Positions 1-13,093 of a stretch of DNA of 64,000 nt are shown piece by piece. This stretch comes from Octopus vulgaris. Its lineage: Eukaryota. The stretch's first letter is position 1; each line of letters begins with the position of its first letter. The stretch covers positions 10,168,001 through 10,232,000 of the forward strand of contig OX597819.1 of NCBI GenBank assembly GCA_951406725.2, written 5' to 3'. The translations under genes were made by a program, and so were the position numbers. The notes beneath the pieces are model-generated. The model did not search any database, was not told the origin of the DNA, and saw nothing but the letters and a program-made list of their open reading frames with translations.

Positions 1-747
1 GTAGTCTGTGCTTGAAAATAAATATGAAATGATCACTGCGGGAAGCTTCTGATTCAAGGTCATCTTCGCCCCAGGGCTACAACTCAAATAACTAGCTTAA
101 CATATTAGCCCGACTATATTTACTGTTCTTATTGTAACTATAAAGATAGTAGGATATCCAGGCATAGAAGTCACATAAAAACAAAAAAAATGCAATGTCT
201 CCAACTCATCTTGGAGAGCAACAAGTGCAAATAAGAACTGACTTGGACACTGTTGCTTCATCCAGACCAAGTCAGCAATGGGAAGTAAATGTAAAATGGT
301 GATTTCAAGCCCACTTCAGTGAAAGATTAAGAAGCAAAAATTCAAACCTCAATCTCAACCAATAATCTATCGATTTATTTATTTACTGTTATATAGATTC
401 TTATTTGTAAACACCTTTTTTTAAAAAACTAACTTCAAAAATAAAAACTATTAAAAGTATTAAAATGGGAAGGTGAAGAAGATCATTAAATATGGTGAGT
501 AGGTGTGATAAGAAAAAGAAAATTTGTAATCTTTTTCTATCCACATTAATCATAACTTAATGGTGTTTTCTCACATTTTGGTAATCAGTGGTAAGATTTA
601 AAAAATGACATCAGATTTCTTTACAGATTTATATACATTTTATTCTCTATGGTGAAGCATCTACATGGCTGTTATGTTACCCAAATCATACAAGCAACTG
701 ATGGAACATCATTAAAAATTGATAAATTAAAACCAATGTTTACTACA

Positions 748-1135
748 TAGGCGCAGGAGTGGCTGTGTGGTAAGTAGCTTGCTTACCAACCACATGGTTC
801 CGGGTTCAGTCCCACTGCGTGGCACCTTGGGCAAGTGTCTTCTACTATAGCCTCGGGCTGACCAATTGTGAGTGGATTTGGTAGACGAAAACTGAAAAAA
901 GCCCGTTGTATATATGTATATATATATGTGTGTGTGTTTGTGTTTGTCCCCCTAGCATTGCTTGACAACCGATGCTGGTGTGTTTACGTCCCCGTCACTT
1001 AGCGGTTCGGCAAAAGAGACCGATAGAATACTGGGCTTACAAAGAATAAGTCCCGGGGTCGAGTTGCTCGACTAAAGGCGGTGCTCCAGCATGGCCGCAG
1101 TCAAATGACTGAAACAAGTAAAAGAGTAAAGAGAG
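748..1135 (+). mobile_element. tRNA-derived SINE family A
   Basis: A box TGGCTGTGTGG, B box GGTTCAGTCCC, CORE-like ccttgggcaagt, central (TA)n/(TG)n, (gtaaaaga)n tail. About 16 near-identical copies in the window. Confidence 0.9.
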
Positions 1136-1372
1136 TATATGCTTTTACGTTTTTTTTAACAATTGAAATAATGAGAACAAATAAAGCGTTTTCTCTCCAT
1201 CTTTTATATTTTGCTCAGATTCTGAAGTTTGTATTTCACATTGTAGTATGTAATTCACATAATACAGCCATTTTAATTTGGTTCAAAACAAAGGAAAATA
1301 CTAGCAATATTCTCAGTGTTTTAATTTGCTTTAATGAATCTTGCTAACAATTAAAAGCTCTATGTTCTTTAA

Positions 1373-1592
1373 CCCTTCCGTTACTAACCCGGCTGAAACC
1401 GGCTCTGGCTCTGAGTACAAATTTATTGTTTTCATAAGTTTTGAATTAAAATCTTCCACCAAACCCTAGCCACAATTTATGTTCCTAACACTAGCTTAAT
1501 GAGAACTAAGTTATTTTACTAAATTCTTTGTTATATTTAAAGTAATTGAGAGAAACACAAAGCCTCTTAAAATAAATACGGTAATGAAAGGG
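1373..1592 (+). mobile_element. piggyBac-type MITE, family P1 (220 bp)
   Basis: TTAA|CCCTTcCGTTAC...GTAAtGAAAGGG|TTAA. Confidence 0.85.
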
Positions 1593-2065
1593 TTAAGGTG
1601 TAATACCACATATTCATGTAAAGTGCAAATTATGTTAAAGTTATATTAATACTGCCGCTACCTTTTTTCTTGTTTCATTCACATACCCCTTGCTTAGAAC
1701 CACATTCCATCTTATTCACTCATGTTCCACCCACCCTATCCTATCAAACTCACACTCCTACATCATCCCAGCCAATTCCTCATATCTAAAAACATGTATC
1801 CCCAGCATCCCTCTACCTTACTAATTCCTACTAGGCTGACTCTCATGTAATGTTTCTCCCTCTATTTCATCCTATTCTTTTACTCATTCTATCACATTCA
1901 ATTAAACTTAATACATTTCATTCAGTCTTCCCAAATAAACCCCTACCAGGTCCCTGTGACAACTTTAATCTGTGATAAATCCCAGTTAGATTAGTGACAT
2001 AATACTCAAGTTGGTAAAGGGATACAGGTGGATAAATTGTACAAGTCATCAGATTAACCATAGAT

Positions 2066-2450
2066 AGAAGCACTCCGTCGGTTACGACGACGAGGGTTCC
2101 GGTTGATCTGAATCAACGGAACAGCCTGCTCGTGAAATTAACGTGTAAGTGGCTGAGCACTCCACAGACACGTGTACCCTTAACGTAGTTCTCAGGGATA
2201 TTCAGCGTGACACAGAGAGTGACAAGGCCGGCCCCTTTGAAATACAGGTACAACAGAAACAGGAAGTAAGAGTGAGAGAAAGTTGTGGTGAAAGAGTACA
2301 GCAGGGATCACCACCACCCCGCGCCGGAGCCTCGTGGAGCTTTAGGTGTTTTCGCTCAATAAACACTCACAATGCCCGGTCTGGGAATCGAAACCGCGAT
2401 CCTATGACTGCGAGTCCGCTGCCCTAACCACTGGGCCATTGCGCCTCCAC
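2066..2450 (-). mobile_element. tRNA-derived SINE family C (long tail)
   Basis: A box TGGCCCAGTGG, B box GGTTTCGATTCCC. ~23-bp TSD tacaagtcatca(g/t)attaaccata. Confidence 0.9.
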
Positions 2451-3085
2451 TACAAGTCATCATATTAACCATAAATAAAACCATGCCCAATTAATATAAC
2501 AGAAATTTGCTTCAAATTCTTAGGTAGAATCAAACAAGCTACAATGTGACTTTATCCAAAAAGGGGAATAGATGGTGAAAGCTATTTATTTTTTCTGGTA
2601 ACATTACTTAAGAGAGGAAAAACAGTCATCTAGAATTTGAAATGAAGATGCAAATGTTTAGAGTTGTTTAACTAAGATACTGTAAATATAAACATTTCAG
2701 GCTAGTGTTTGACAGTTAACTGGGTGAGACTGGGGGAAATATATCAGCCAACACCACTGTCATATCTCCCTTGAGGGAAGAAATACAGTATTCTCCTTTA
2801 ATCTTGCCTATAAACCAGTCTTAGCTTTCAATGTCATTTCTTGGACTGCCTCATCTACTGACTGTACTGTCAATAGTGATATCCAGCCACATATCAACAC
2901 ATGATCATACTAATAGCCAAAAGGTTGAAAATAGATGGGGAAAGCTGAGTAAACAGACACCATGAACTGATTAAAAATGGGCCTAACTTTATCAAGAGAA
3001 TGGCAAGTGAGAAGCATGTGTTTTATCTAGAAAATGAATGAAATTTTCACGTTTAGCAAAAAAATTTAAAAATCTGAAAATAAGT

Positions 3086-3479
3086 CTCTTTACTCTTTTA
3101 CTTGTTTCAGTCATTTGACTGCGGCCATGCTGGAGCACCGCCTTTAGTCAAGCAACTCGACCCCGGGACTTATTCTTTTTGTAAGCCCAGTACTTATTCT
3201 ATCGGTCTCTTTTTGCCGAACTGCTAAGTTACGGGGGACGTAAACACACCAGCATCGAATGTCAAGCAATGCTAGGGGAACAAACACAGACACACATACA
3301 TATATATATATATACGACAGGCTTCTTTCAGTTTCCGTCTACCAAATCTACTCACAAGGCATTGGTCAGCCCGGGGCTATAGCAGAAGACACTTGCCCAA
3401 GATGCCACGCAGTGGGACTGAACCCAGAACCATGTGGTTGGTTAGCAAGCTACTTACCACACAGCCACTCCTGCGCCTA
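3086..3479 (-). mobile_element. SINE family A
   Basis: Full-length reverse copy. Confidence 0.9.
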
Positions 3480-4106
3480 CGAACTTTTTCTATACTTTTT
3501 CTATACTCAACAACCAATACAAGCTATAACATTTCGAGTGGTTAACGGTAACTAAAATCCTTAACCTAATTATTTCAATGAGTTTTATTTCGGGAGGAAA
3601 ATTAAATTGAAAAATACTGAAAATAATGTTTCAAACTTACACACTTCCATTTTTGCTGAAGTGTTCTGATACCAGAGATATCTAAGTTCTGACATGAAAT
3701 TATCAGAGGCTAACTCTAAATTGAAATAAGAGGAATCTTTGTCTCTATTTCTTTAATAAATCAGCATTGGGTAAAATGAGAATGTTAAAATTCGTATTTA
3801 GACTAGAGGCAAGTATTTTACATGTCAAATTAGAAAAGGCAACCAAGCAGAACAAAAAATTCTTTATTAGAATGTTCAATCATCATCATTTCACATTTGC
3901 ATTCCATGACAGCACCAATGAGATCGCAAGACAAGGAAGGAACTCTTGGCTGAGAGAGGGAGTGTGGTGGTAAATACATAAAGGATATGCCTGTATGTAT
4001 GGATGGTAAAGCCTGTCATGCATGTATGTGTGGGTATATATATAAATATACACATATATACATACATATACACGTATATATACATATACACACACATATA
4101 TACATA

Positions 4107-4338
4107 AAGGCGGCGAGCTGGCAGAAACGTTAGCACGCCGGGCGAAATGCGTTGCCATATTTTGTCTGCCGTTACGTTCCGAGTTCAAATTCCGCCGAGG
4201 TCAACTTTGCCTTTCATCCTTCCAGGGTCGTTAAATTAAGTACCAGTTACGCATTGGGGTCGATGTAATCGACTTAATCCGTTTGTCTGTCCTTGTTTGT
4301 CTCCTGTGTGTTTAGCCCCTTGTGAGTAGTAAAGAAAT
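4107..4338 (+). mobile_element. tRNA-derived SINE family B (~230 bp)
   Basis: Head ggcggcgagctggcagaaacgttag, B box gagttcaaattcc, central gaggtcgactttgcctttcatcctttcggggtcga, tail gtaaagaaata. Confidence 0.88.
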
Positions 4339-4984
4339 ATATATACATAAACATGTATATATACATATATATAGATATTGACTAGCTTACGGTAACCTGC
4401 TCTACGCACAGGTAAGAGTGTGGTTGTTACTTTCTGTTGTTTATCACCACATTCTCCCTCTTTGTTTCTTTCTCCTTTCTTTCTCACTTTCCCACTCTCT
4501 TACTCTTCTTTTCTCTCAGACTCTCCCTTGCTTTCTCTTACTCTCTATCTTTCTCTATCTATGTCTCTCCCATTTATAAACAAAAGATCTTGAGTAAGTT
4601 GAGAAAGAAAATATTTTGAAAGATCAGCCATAAATATCAGGCAGTGACACCGGAAAGGTCTGCTTCAAGGCAGACAGCAAAACACTAACATTTAAAAGGG
4701 ACAGACAAACTTGTGAGCTGAATAAAAATAATAAAATATTGGAAACCAAAGTTTGAAGGGATAGAATCTGAGGATAGTAGAGTCACCATGGCTGGCATTT
4801 CTTAACGACAGACAGCAACGTAATGGCAACGGCTGGAGTAAAATTTTGAACTTGATGGAAAAGAAAATGCCTAAACACCCACTCCTGTAAATTTTAATCC
4901 CCTTCCAGCCCCATTTAGACGCCTTTTCACTCTAGGGTACACTAGAAATAAAAGAGGAGTCAGTGAGTGCTCAAATAGTACATA

Positions 4985-5330
4985 ATGTTGTGTATCTTAT
5001 AGAAAGAAACTATTCCAAATAAAATGCAAGAGATGAAATACATAAGCAGGCAGTTTAACCAGGAGATTTGTATGCCACATACAGTTGAAAGCCTTATCGA
5101 TTTCAAGGGTAACAACATGGTTTTCATCAAATTTCTGGTGAGTGACACAAGGAATAAAGCCTTCAGAATAATTGGCTTTACAAAAGTCATACCAGTGGTC
5201 ACTGCAGGATAGAGATTCAAGGTGATTCAAAAGGTTGTTGTTAATGACACTCTTCATTCCATCTGAGATGCTGGAAGTATGATAAGATGATAGCTGGCAA
5301 GGTTAGAGATAGCTTTTCTTGGGAATGGTA
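4985..5330 (-). mobile_element. Old LINE RT fragment (Jockey/CR1-like)
   Basis: ...KSVINNNLLNHLES... and VVTLEIDKAFNCMWHTNLLVKLP resemble the LDISKAFDRVWH-LL-KL RT motif. Frameshifted. Confidence 0.7.
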
Positions 5331-6229
5331 CACACTGTGCCATATTCTCAAAAATTAGTGTCTATCTATCTATAGAGAGAGAGAGAGGGTGAAGGGAGTG
5401 ACTGAAGAGTTTGGTGAGGATAGGGACTAATTAAACAGACAAAAGAAAAAAAATATTAGAAGTACATTATAATAATGCTTTAAACTATTACAATGTAAAT
5501 CTCACAAAGTATCCAAAGAACTCATTCTAGTGGTGACCCATAACCCATTTAAAAATCAGCAAACTATTCAAGTAATAATTTAAGAGAAGATAATTAAAGT
5601 AATTTTCTGCTGACTTCTTTGAACTCAAGACTGCAAGCACTCTTACATAGCAGGAAGTGAAGCTGTGAGTGAACTTGGTTCACAACCCAGTTTTTATACT
5701 CAATTGAACCCAACTTGACTTCACTTACATCTGGTATTGTTCTTCAGAGAAGCATAAAGGTTATACACTTTCACTCCCCTCCCCTAGAAATTTGCAGCCT
5801 TCCACTTAAGTGCTTAGATAGTGAGTACCGACACTACTTACAGCTGAGAATTGCATCTCCTATGGTGTTTTGAAGCCAAGATCAGAAATGCTATCAAATT
5901 ATAAAAGATAATGAAACAAAATAAATAAAAAGTAAATGGCTTGAACAACTCAAAAACAATTTTCAATATTTAGACAAGAGGTGTCAATCTCTAATTGTGG
6001 AGGGAATATGTGGAAGGAGTAGACCCAGGAAGACATGGGACAAAGTGGTGAGAAAGGATCTTTAGACGATAGAACTCACAAAGAGGATAATACAGAACTG
6101 AGAGTCTTGGCAGTTTGCTGAACTCGAGAAGACACGCCAAGCTAAGTAAAATTGTGGTTGTTCTTTGCCTACAGGCAGGTTTCCTGCACCCCTCTGCAGC
6201 TGAGTGTTCCTAATCTTGTGGGCTTGTGG

Positions 6230-6795
6230 GTGCTGATGCCACGTAAAAGCACCCAGTACACTCTGTAAAGTGACTGGTGTTAGGAAGGGCATCCAGCGGT
6301 TGGATGGAACCTACACTCGCCTCCTTATGAGAGCTCAAAATCTCTCGTGGAAGCGCCATCCAACCAAAATGCAAATATATGGGAAACTACCACCTGTATC
6401 ATCTCTTGTGAAAGGTAAGAGAGTCCAGTTTGCTGGACATTGTTGTAGAGCTGAAAAAGAGGTAATTTCTACTCTTCTCCTCTGGAAGCCATCTACTCGC
6501 AATACCAGAGGGCGCACACTCTCCTACCCTGATGTAATCTCCAGGGATACAGGCATCCAGCAACAGGACCTCCGTAATGCCATGATGGACCGTGAAGTCT
6601 GGCGTAGCATGGTAAATTCCATTGTCTCAACCACGGTCAAACAATGATGATGATGAAGGGCATCCAGTATTAGAAACCATGCCAAAACAGACATAGAGTC
6701 TGGGCAGCTCTTCAGCTGGTAAGCTCCTATCAAACCATTCAACATAGGCAAGCATGGAAAGCAGATGTTAAAAATAATGGTGATGATGATGATGA
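6230..6795 (+). mobile_element. Retroposon family D (old copy) interrupted by the LINE fragment
   Basis: D motifs on both sides of 6297-6654. Confidence 0.75.
6297..6654 (+). mobile_element. 5'-truncated LINE 3' end (RTE-related, clade uncertain) with (TGA)n tail and 13-bp TSD
   Basis: RLDGTYTRLLMRAQNLSWK...FAGHCCR...AMMDREVWR is open to the stop. TSD gaagggcatccag at 6284-6296 and 6655-6667. Confidence 0.85.
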
Positions 6796-6903
6796 ATAAA
6801 TAACAATACTGCATGTTTCTATTTAATGAATGGCAAACATAACTTTACCAAAACACAAACATAATTCATTATCAAAAAAGAATAAATCTAACAGTCACTT
6901 TAC

Positions 6904-7197
6904 CTTGGATCATTCTGTAAGGCATTTGTTATGATTTTGAGGTCATCTTGTGTCAGTCTAACTGATGGGTTGAGTTCTGTGAAAATCTCCGATTTTTCCC
7001 ACATTAACTCTTGGAAATCCTGCTTGGCCCGCATTCGCAAATCCACTTGGTGTTGTTCATACACTTCTTCTCGCTCTCGCTCATTCAAACTGGTGTAACA
7101 TTCTTTGCCAACAAAGTTGATATATGTTTCACTAATTGGCTTGCCTGGTTTAACTTGCTTGTTTTCTTCTAGAAAGTCTTTGAATTTTTTTTTTAAT
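6904..7197 (-). CDS. RhoGAPp190: p190 RhoGAP coding exon 4 (FF region)
   Basis: Acceptor ttttgcag|A, donor AG|gtaaag, 294 nt, phase 2-2. Reads LKKKFKDFLEENKQVKPGKP...EVYEQHQVDLRMRAKQDFQELMWEKSEIF...ALQNDPR, an FF-domain pattern. Confidence 0.93.
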
Positions 7198-7950
7198 CTG
7201 CAAAAGTAATGAATATCTTTTAAGGAAACTATGGGACAAATGATTTAAGCACCAAAAGCTGTTCTTACAATCACATCAGCTATTACTGAGGGAGACCTAT
7301 CTTTAGAATATGTCCTAGAGACAAGAAATCATGGTCGGTGATAGCTTTGTATGTTTTCTCCATCCTAGCATGAAGTCTATCAGTTCTTCTGTTTTAGTTT
7401 AATAACCACAATTTCGCTAGTAAACAACAACCAAATCAACATCTACTTACATAAGAACTAGTTCATATGCCCTCCATATCTAGTTCTTCTACACCCAGCA
7501 GCCTTCACGTGCCTTCCACACACACTCAACCACCTTTACACCTGTTGCTTATCCAGCAACCTTGCATTCACTCAACCACTTTGCGTTCAAAAGATAAAAT
7601 TACAAAGTATCAATCAATCAATCAATATTGATTACTTATATTGGCATAGTTTAAGCTGTAAGATGGAGATATAGTCAAGTGAATCAACTTCAGTACAAGC
7701 TTGCTAACTTGCTTCGCTAACTGCAGAGAGAGGAAAGGAAAAACTGACTTTGACAGAATTGAAAGTCAGGGATAATAATAAACACCTTTAATGGAGAACA
7801 AATAACTCAGAATATAAACTGTAATTGTTTGTTTTAATTAATGCTTTTATTGTTATACATAAGACCCCTTATGTTGTAGGGGGTCAGCAACCATTATCCC
7901 CAAGGCCATTGAGACTGCTTTTCATTAATTATCCCGCTTATAATAATAAT

Positions 7951-8255
7951 TGAGGCGCAATGGCCAGTGGTTAGGGCAGCGGACTCGCGGTCGCAGGATC
8001 GCGGTTTCGATTCCCAGACCGGGCGTTGTGTGTGTTTATTGAGCGAAAACACCTAAAAGCTTCACGAGGCTCCGGCAGGGGGTGGTGATCCCTGCTGTAC
8101 TCTTTCACCACAACTTTCTCTCACTCTTTCTTCTGTTGGCCTGCTCGCTTAGCCAGCGGGGTGGCGTAGTTCGAAGGCTAAAACAATGCAAAGCGCATTG
8201 TGACCAGCGATTTGTAACAACATCTGATGGTCTGGTCGGTCACATGATCACGTGA
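7951..8255 (+). mobile_element. SINE family C, alternative-tail variant
   Basis: C head followed by a different 3' part ending tcacatgatcacgtga. Confidence 0.88.
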
Positions 8256-8887
8256 TAATAATAATTAGGCATGTGTTCATATGCTGTCATGTTTAATCTT
8301 TAACTAAAGAAGTAAATGGCCTTTAATAGTATGTAAACTAGTCAATCATAAATTCTTTGACCATATTAAGTAGCATTTTTGTTTGGCAGCCAAGTAAGGA
8401 CTGGAAAATATCAGATAGGTATAGGTAAACAACAACTGAAATAAACAATAATACAAAATGTTATAAACAAGTCGATTACGGGCACAACTCCAGAAACTAA
8501 AGTGAGAAAAAAAAAAAAAAAAAAAAAAAAAACTTCACTGGCTGCCAAATAAAATGACAAAAGTGAAAGTAATGTCCTAAATTCAAGGATTAACTAAATA
8601 ATGGAAACGTTATCCACCAGGAGATAATTTGAACAAAATAAATTATCGAACAAACATATCCAAATATTTTTGTAGTGCATAGATGACCAAAAAAAAAAAG
8701 TGTTTACAAAAAGCTGAAACTGAAGAGGAGTACATAACAGCTTTCTACATAGGGAAGAAAATATAGGGAGGGTGGTTAGACATTATTTGTCTAAAACATG
8801 TGCTTTTACTGATAAATACAGATCCAACAAAAACAAACAAAACCAAACATCATGAGTGGATCCACTTGTTATTAAAATTAAACTTAC

Positions 8888-9100
8888 TCTAATTTCTTAT
8901 GCTGTTCTTGTAATGCATTAACATGGTTCTTGAATGTCGTCTCTGCTTCAGAAGATTTGAGCAAATCAAATGGTAAGCGCTTATCATCACTGTCTAACCA
9001 ATTACAATCCTTCCAAGTCTGACCCTCTCCACACATATTGATAAAAAATTTTGGCATATCTGGATGGCGGAAAATATAGTTCTGACAGGAAATCCAGCTC
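8888..9100 (-). CDS. RhoGAPp190: p190 RhoGAP coding exon 3 (FF region)
   Basis: Acceptor ttttcaccag|G, donor GA|gtaagt, 213 nt, phase 2-2. Reads KSWISCQNYIFRHPDMPKFF...DKRLPFDLLKSSEAETTFKNHVNAL, matching the p190 RIPFDLL-type motif. Confidence 0.93.
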
Positions 9101-9269
9101 CTGGTGAAAAATGGAAACATACAAAATGAAAATCAAAACATACAAATATGTAATAAAAAAATTAAAAAAAGTAACAATCTGAGATGAGAAAAATTTTTTA
9201 AAGTGAAAATGATTAATGGTTAGGGTAGTCATACCTAACCCTTTTGTTACCATGCTATCATAAAATACA

Positions 9270-9670
9270 CTCTCTCTTTTACTTGTTTCAGTCATTTGAC
9301 TGCGGCCATGCTGGAGCACTGCCTTTAATCGAGCAACTCGACCCCGGGACTTATACTTTTGTAAGCCCAGTACTTATTCTATCGGTCTCTTTTGCCGAAC
9401 CGCTATGTAACGGGGACGTAAACACACCAGCATCGGTTGTCAAGCAATGCTAGGGGAACAAACACAGACACACAAACATACACGCACACACAGATATATA
9501 TACATATATACGACGGGCTTCTTTCAGTTTCCGTCTACCAAATCCACTCACAAGGCATTGGTCGGCCCGGGGCTATAGCAGAAGACACTTGCCCAAGGTG
9601 CCATGCAGTGGGACTGAACCCGGAACCATGTGGTTGGTTAGCAAGCTACTTACCACACAGCCACTCCTGC
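9270..9670 (-). mobile_element. SINE family A
   Basis: Full-length reverse copy, ~170 bp upstream of the exon 3 acceptor. Confidence 0.9.
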
Positions 9671-9963
9671 TTATTATATTTTAATTAATTTTGAAATTAA
9701 CATGAATCTAGAAGGTGCTTAGAAAAATATTTCATTAAACTGATGTTTGGTTTCAGGTGGTTGGTATAAAAAACTATTGTTACTGGTAACAGAAAACAAC
9801 AGACTGGAATGACTGGGAAATTACTCTAATGCTTTTGTCAATGTCCAAAGGACATTTTCAAATTTAAAACAATGGAAAAGAAAACGAAACAAAAATAGAA
9901 CAAAAAAAAAAACAACACAGGAATCTAATATGTATAGTTTATAAATGTCCCCTGGGTAGTTAA

Positions 9964-10251
9964 TCTTTATATATAAAAGTGAAGTTGTGTGCTGTCTGTC
10001 TCCTACGATTTAGATTCCTAACTACTCTCACATTTTGCGGTGCAGTGTAACCAAAACCGAGTATCTTATAGTCGTGATTCATATCGAGCCCTTCTGGATA
10101 TTAGCGCGCGTCTATGATGAGTCTACGATTTAAAAAATAATTTACCATCATTTTTCTCCATTTTTAATGCATTTTTTGGCTATAACTCTCTAAAAATGCT
10201 TATATAGTTATTTCCCTTACAAACCCGAGCAACGCCGGGCGATACTGCTAG
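9964..10251 (+). mobile_element. Non-autonomous Helitron, family H1
   Basis: 5' a|TCTTTATATATAAAAG, 3' hairpin cccgagcaacgccggg followed by CTAG|t. A/T insertion site, no TSD. Confidence 0.85.
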
Positions 10252-10671
10252 TAATAACTAAAAAGGGTGAAAACCTGAAGACAGAAAATAATACTGATAT
10301 AAACAATTCCTAGCTTTATGTACTTAAAAGTGTGATATATTTGTTCATCTAGAGTGCTTCATTTTAAGTGAGGCTTGTGGAATACTGAACATCATCAAGT
10401 ATAAGAACTGATTAGAATGTGAGAGTCTGTCTAATTGCGTTGTGGTAGAGTCATATTAGCTACTTAAAACATAAATGCTGGTGTATAATTTAGTCTTTTT
10501 TTAATTTTATAGCAAAGTCATATATTTACATTTGGGTCACTGATACTCTATTTTACAAGTGTGCATGTGTGTGTGTGTGTGTGTAATGTTTATGCAAGTA
10601 CATAGGACTGACATAACTCAGCAGGTAATAATACTGGGAAATCAATTCAGAGGAGACAAATTTAAATTCAT

Positions 10672-11070
10672 TCATCACCATCATCATCATCGTTTAACGT
10701 CCGTTCTCCATGCTAGCATGGGTTGGACGGTTCGACCGGGGATCTGGGAAGCCAGAAGGCTGCACCAGGCTCCAGTCTTATCTGGCAATGTTTCTACAGC
10801 TGGATGCCCTTCCTAACGCCAACCACTCCGTGAGTGTAGTGGGTGCTTTTTACGTGCCACTCGCACAGGTGCCAGGCGAGGCTGGTAACGGCCACGGTCG
10901 GATTGGTGCATTTTACGTGCCACCGGCATGGAAGCCAGTCGAGGCGGCACTGGCTTCGGCCACGATTCGGTTGGTGCTTTTTACGTGTCACCGGCACGGA
11001 AGCCAGTCGAGGTGGCGCTGGCATCGGCCACGATTCGGATAGTGCTTTTTACGTACCACCAGTCCAGGGG
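10672..11070 (-). mobile_element. (GAT)n-tailed retroposon family D with internal ~62-bp tandem units
   Basis: gtggcacgtaaaaagcacc units, then ggcgttaggaagggcatccag, then gcatggagaacggacgttaaac(gat)n. Confidence 0.8.
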
Positions 11071-11431
11071 TCCTGGCATTTAATTGCACAAGATATAAAA
11101 TGTTATATCCCTCAGCTCATGTGGTTGCTAGGGATAGGTCCCAGAAATTTAGGGAACCTCATCTGCAAAAGATAGCTTCACATCCTATCAACGGAGGATT
11201 CATCACTTGCTTAGTTAAAACAACAAAACAAAGTTTAGCAATCAATTCAGCATGCAAAGCAGGAACCCAGAAAAGCCTAGCCCTCAATCTCTGCTGGTTC
11301 CTTATAGTTCTCCAGATAAACGGAAGGGTTTAAAACTAGCTGCCTGTAGTAACTCATGTATCTCGTCTCCTCTGTCAAAGTGGTTGGTATTAAGAAAGAT
11401 ATTCAGTTATAGAAACCAAGCTAAAAGTGGA

Positions 11432-11738
11432 ATGTGATCACGTGACTGACCAGACCATCAGATGTTGTTACACATCGCTGGTCACAATGCGTTCACATTG
11501 TTTTAGCCTTCGAATGACGCCACCCCGCTGGCTAAGCGAGCAGGCCAACAGAAGAAAGAGTGGGAGAAAGAGTGGTGAAAGAGTACAGCAGGGATCACCA
11601 CCATCCCCTGTCGGAGCCTCATGGAGCTTTTAGGTGTTTTCGCTCAATAAACACTCACAACGCCCGGTCTGGGAATCGAAACCGCGATCCTATGATCGCG
11701 AGTCCGCTGCCCTAACCACTGGGCCATTGTGCCTCCAC
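11432..11738 (-). mobile_element. SINE family C, alternative-tail variant
   Basis: Reverse copy of the 7951 type. Confidence 0.88.
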
Positions 11739-13093
11739 TACTTTGTTTATATAGTTAAAAGTTTGGGCCGCAGTCCATATACTAAAGTGGGATGGACCTT
11801 GCGAAGCTAATATGTTCTTTCCTACACGCATATTTAAAGCCTTCTGTGGTTATTTACTGGCTTATTAAGGGTTGTGGATAGGATGCTTGGCTAAATTCAG
11901 TCATGAATATCACTTTTCTCCATTCCTTTGCAAGTAGATTTTGAAGAAATAGCTGAGGTTTTATCTAACTAATAAAACCAATCAAATTGTATTGCTTAAT
12001 GTGTGTGTGTGTTTGTTCATGTGTACACATATCTTAAAAGGGGGAAAATATACATGGAAGTAGCTTCATAAGTTCATATGTGCAAGGCGATAGAAATAGA
12101 TAAGAACTCTCATTGAAGCATTTCAAGTACGTGTAGGCTCCATTTAACCCAATCAATTCTCTGCTGCCAGAACTTGAAACCATGGAAAGATTATATATAT
12201 ATATGAGAGAGGGGGAGGGGGAGAGGGAGAGGGAGAGAGAGAGAGAGAGAGGAAAACTCTGAAACACCTTTAATTAATAGATATAAAAACTTTAAACAAC
12301 AGAATAGGTTGGTTAGGTCAAATGATGCAGATAACCAAAGTTCTTGCAAAGACACATTGAAAAAATGAGTAAACATCACTAATGTCCAATACCATTGTTG
12401 CTTTATACACTGGCACAGGCTGGAGAGGTGAACACTATGACAAATTCATAACCAATTACATTGACGATGGTAATGATGCTGCCATCATCAATGACTTAAC
12501 TGATACAGATAAATGATGCCTGTGTACACCCAGGGGCAATTAAATAAGCAGAGTTAAGTGAGTGAAGACAATCTACAGATCCTGTGCATCAGTGAAGCCA
12601 ACACAAATAGGTTTTGACACGTGTAAATGTAATTGGAGATAAGAGTGGGGCGAAAGGAATTTAATAGATTTATTGAGCAAATTGAACAGTTATTTGTATG
12701 ACTAAGATGACGTTTCATGATTGAGGAGTTTATATTTCATCATCCATGGTTTTGAAGTTTTAAAAAAATGGCCAAAATCAGTCCTGATAGTTATTATTGT
12801 AAGGCTTATAACATTCCAATTAGCCATTATAACAAAATCACTTAATTTAAATTTTTTTTTTTTAATTATACCAGTATATTAAAAAATTATCATTTTATCA
12901 AAAATATTCATTTAACAAACTCCAGAAACTGATAATATTCTTAAAATTGTGTCTTGTATCAAAGTTATACAGCTATTTTGTCTAATAGCATGCATTCATT
13001 CAACATAAAATCACTTAAAAATTATACCAGTATATTAAAAAAAATTTCATTTTATCAAAAATATTTATTTAGCTATTAATAAATTATCATTAA

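Noticed and set aside
783-968. Recurrent ORFs such as MSSNARGTN...EDTCPRCHAVGLNPEPCGW that look like a paralogous peptide family
   Set aside because: They are translations of SINE A (similar ORFs arise from B, C and D). The frame varies with microsatellite length.
2044-2055. Additional CTGATGA hits (also ~40296 and ~62908, minus strand)
   Set aside because: No flanking stem I/II and no correctly placed GAAA. One lies in a TSD and one in coding sequence.
1-6900. Search for the next p190 exon (phase 2 acceptor)
   Set aside because: No convincing p190-like reading frame was seen by eye. It probably lies outside the window, though a short exon could have been missed.
10840-11060. Regularly spaced gtgcttttacgtgccacc repeats resembling a CRISPR array
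   Set aside because: The spacers are homologous to each other, the array is internal to retroposon D, the context is eukaryotic and there are no cas genes.
12834-13072. Local ~170-bp-period duplication of AT-rich sequence (similar case at ~28750/29040)
   Set aside because: Ordinary local duplication with no structural or coding signal.
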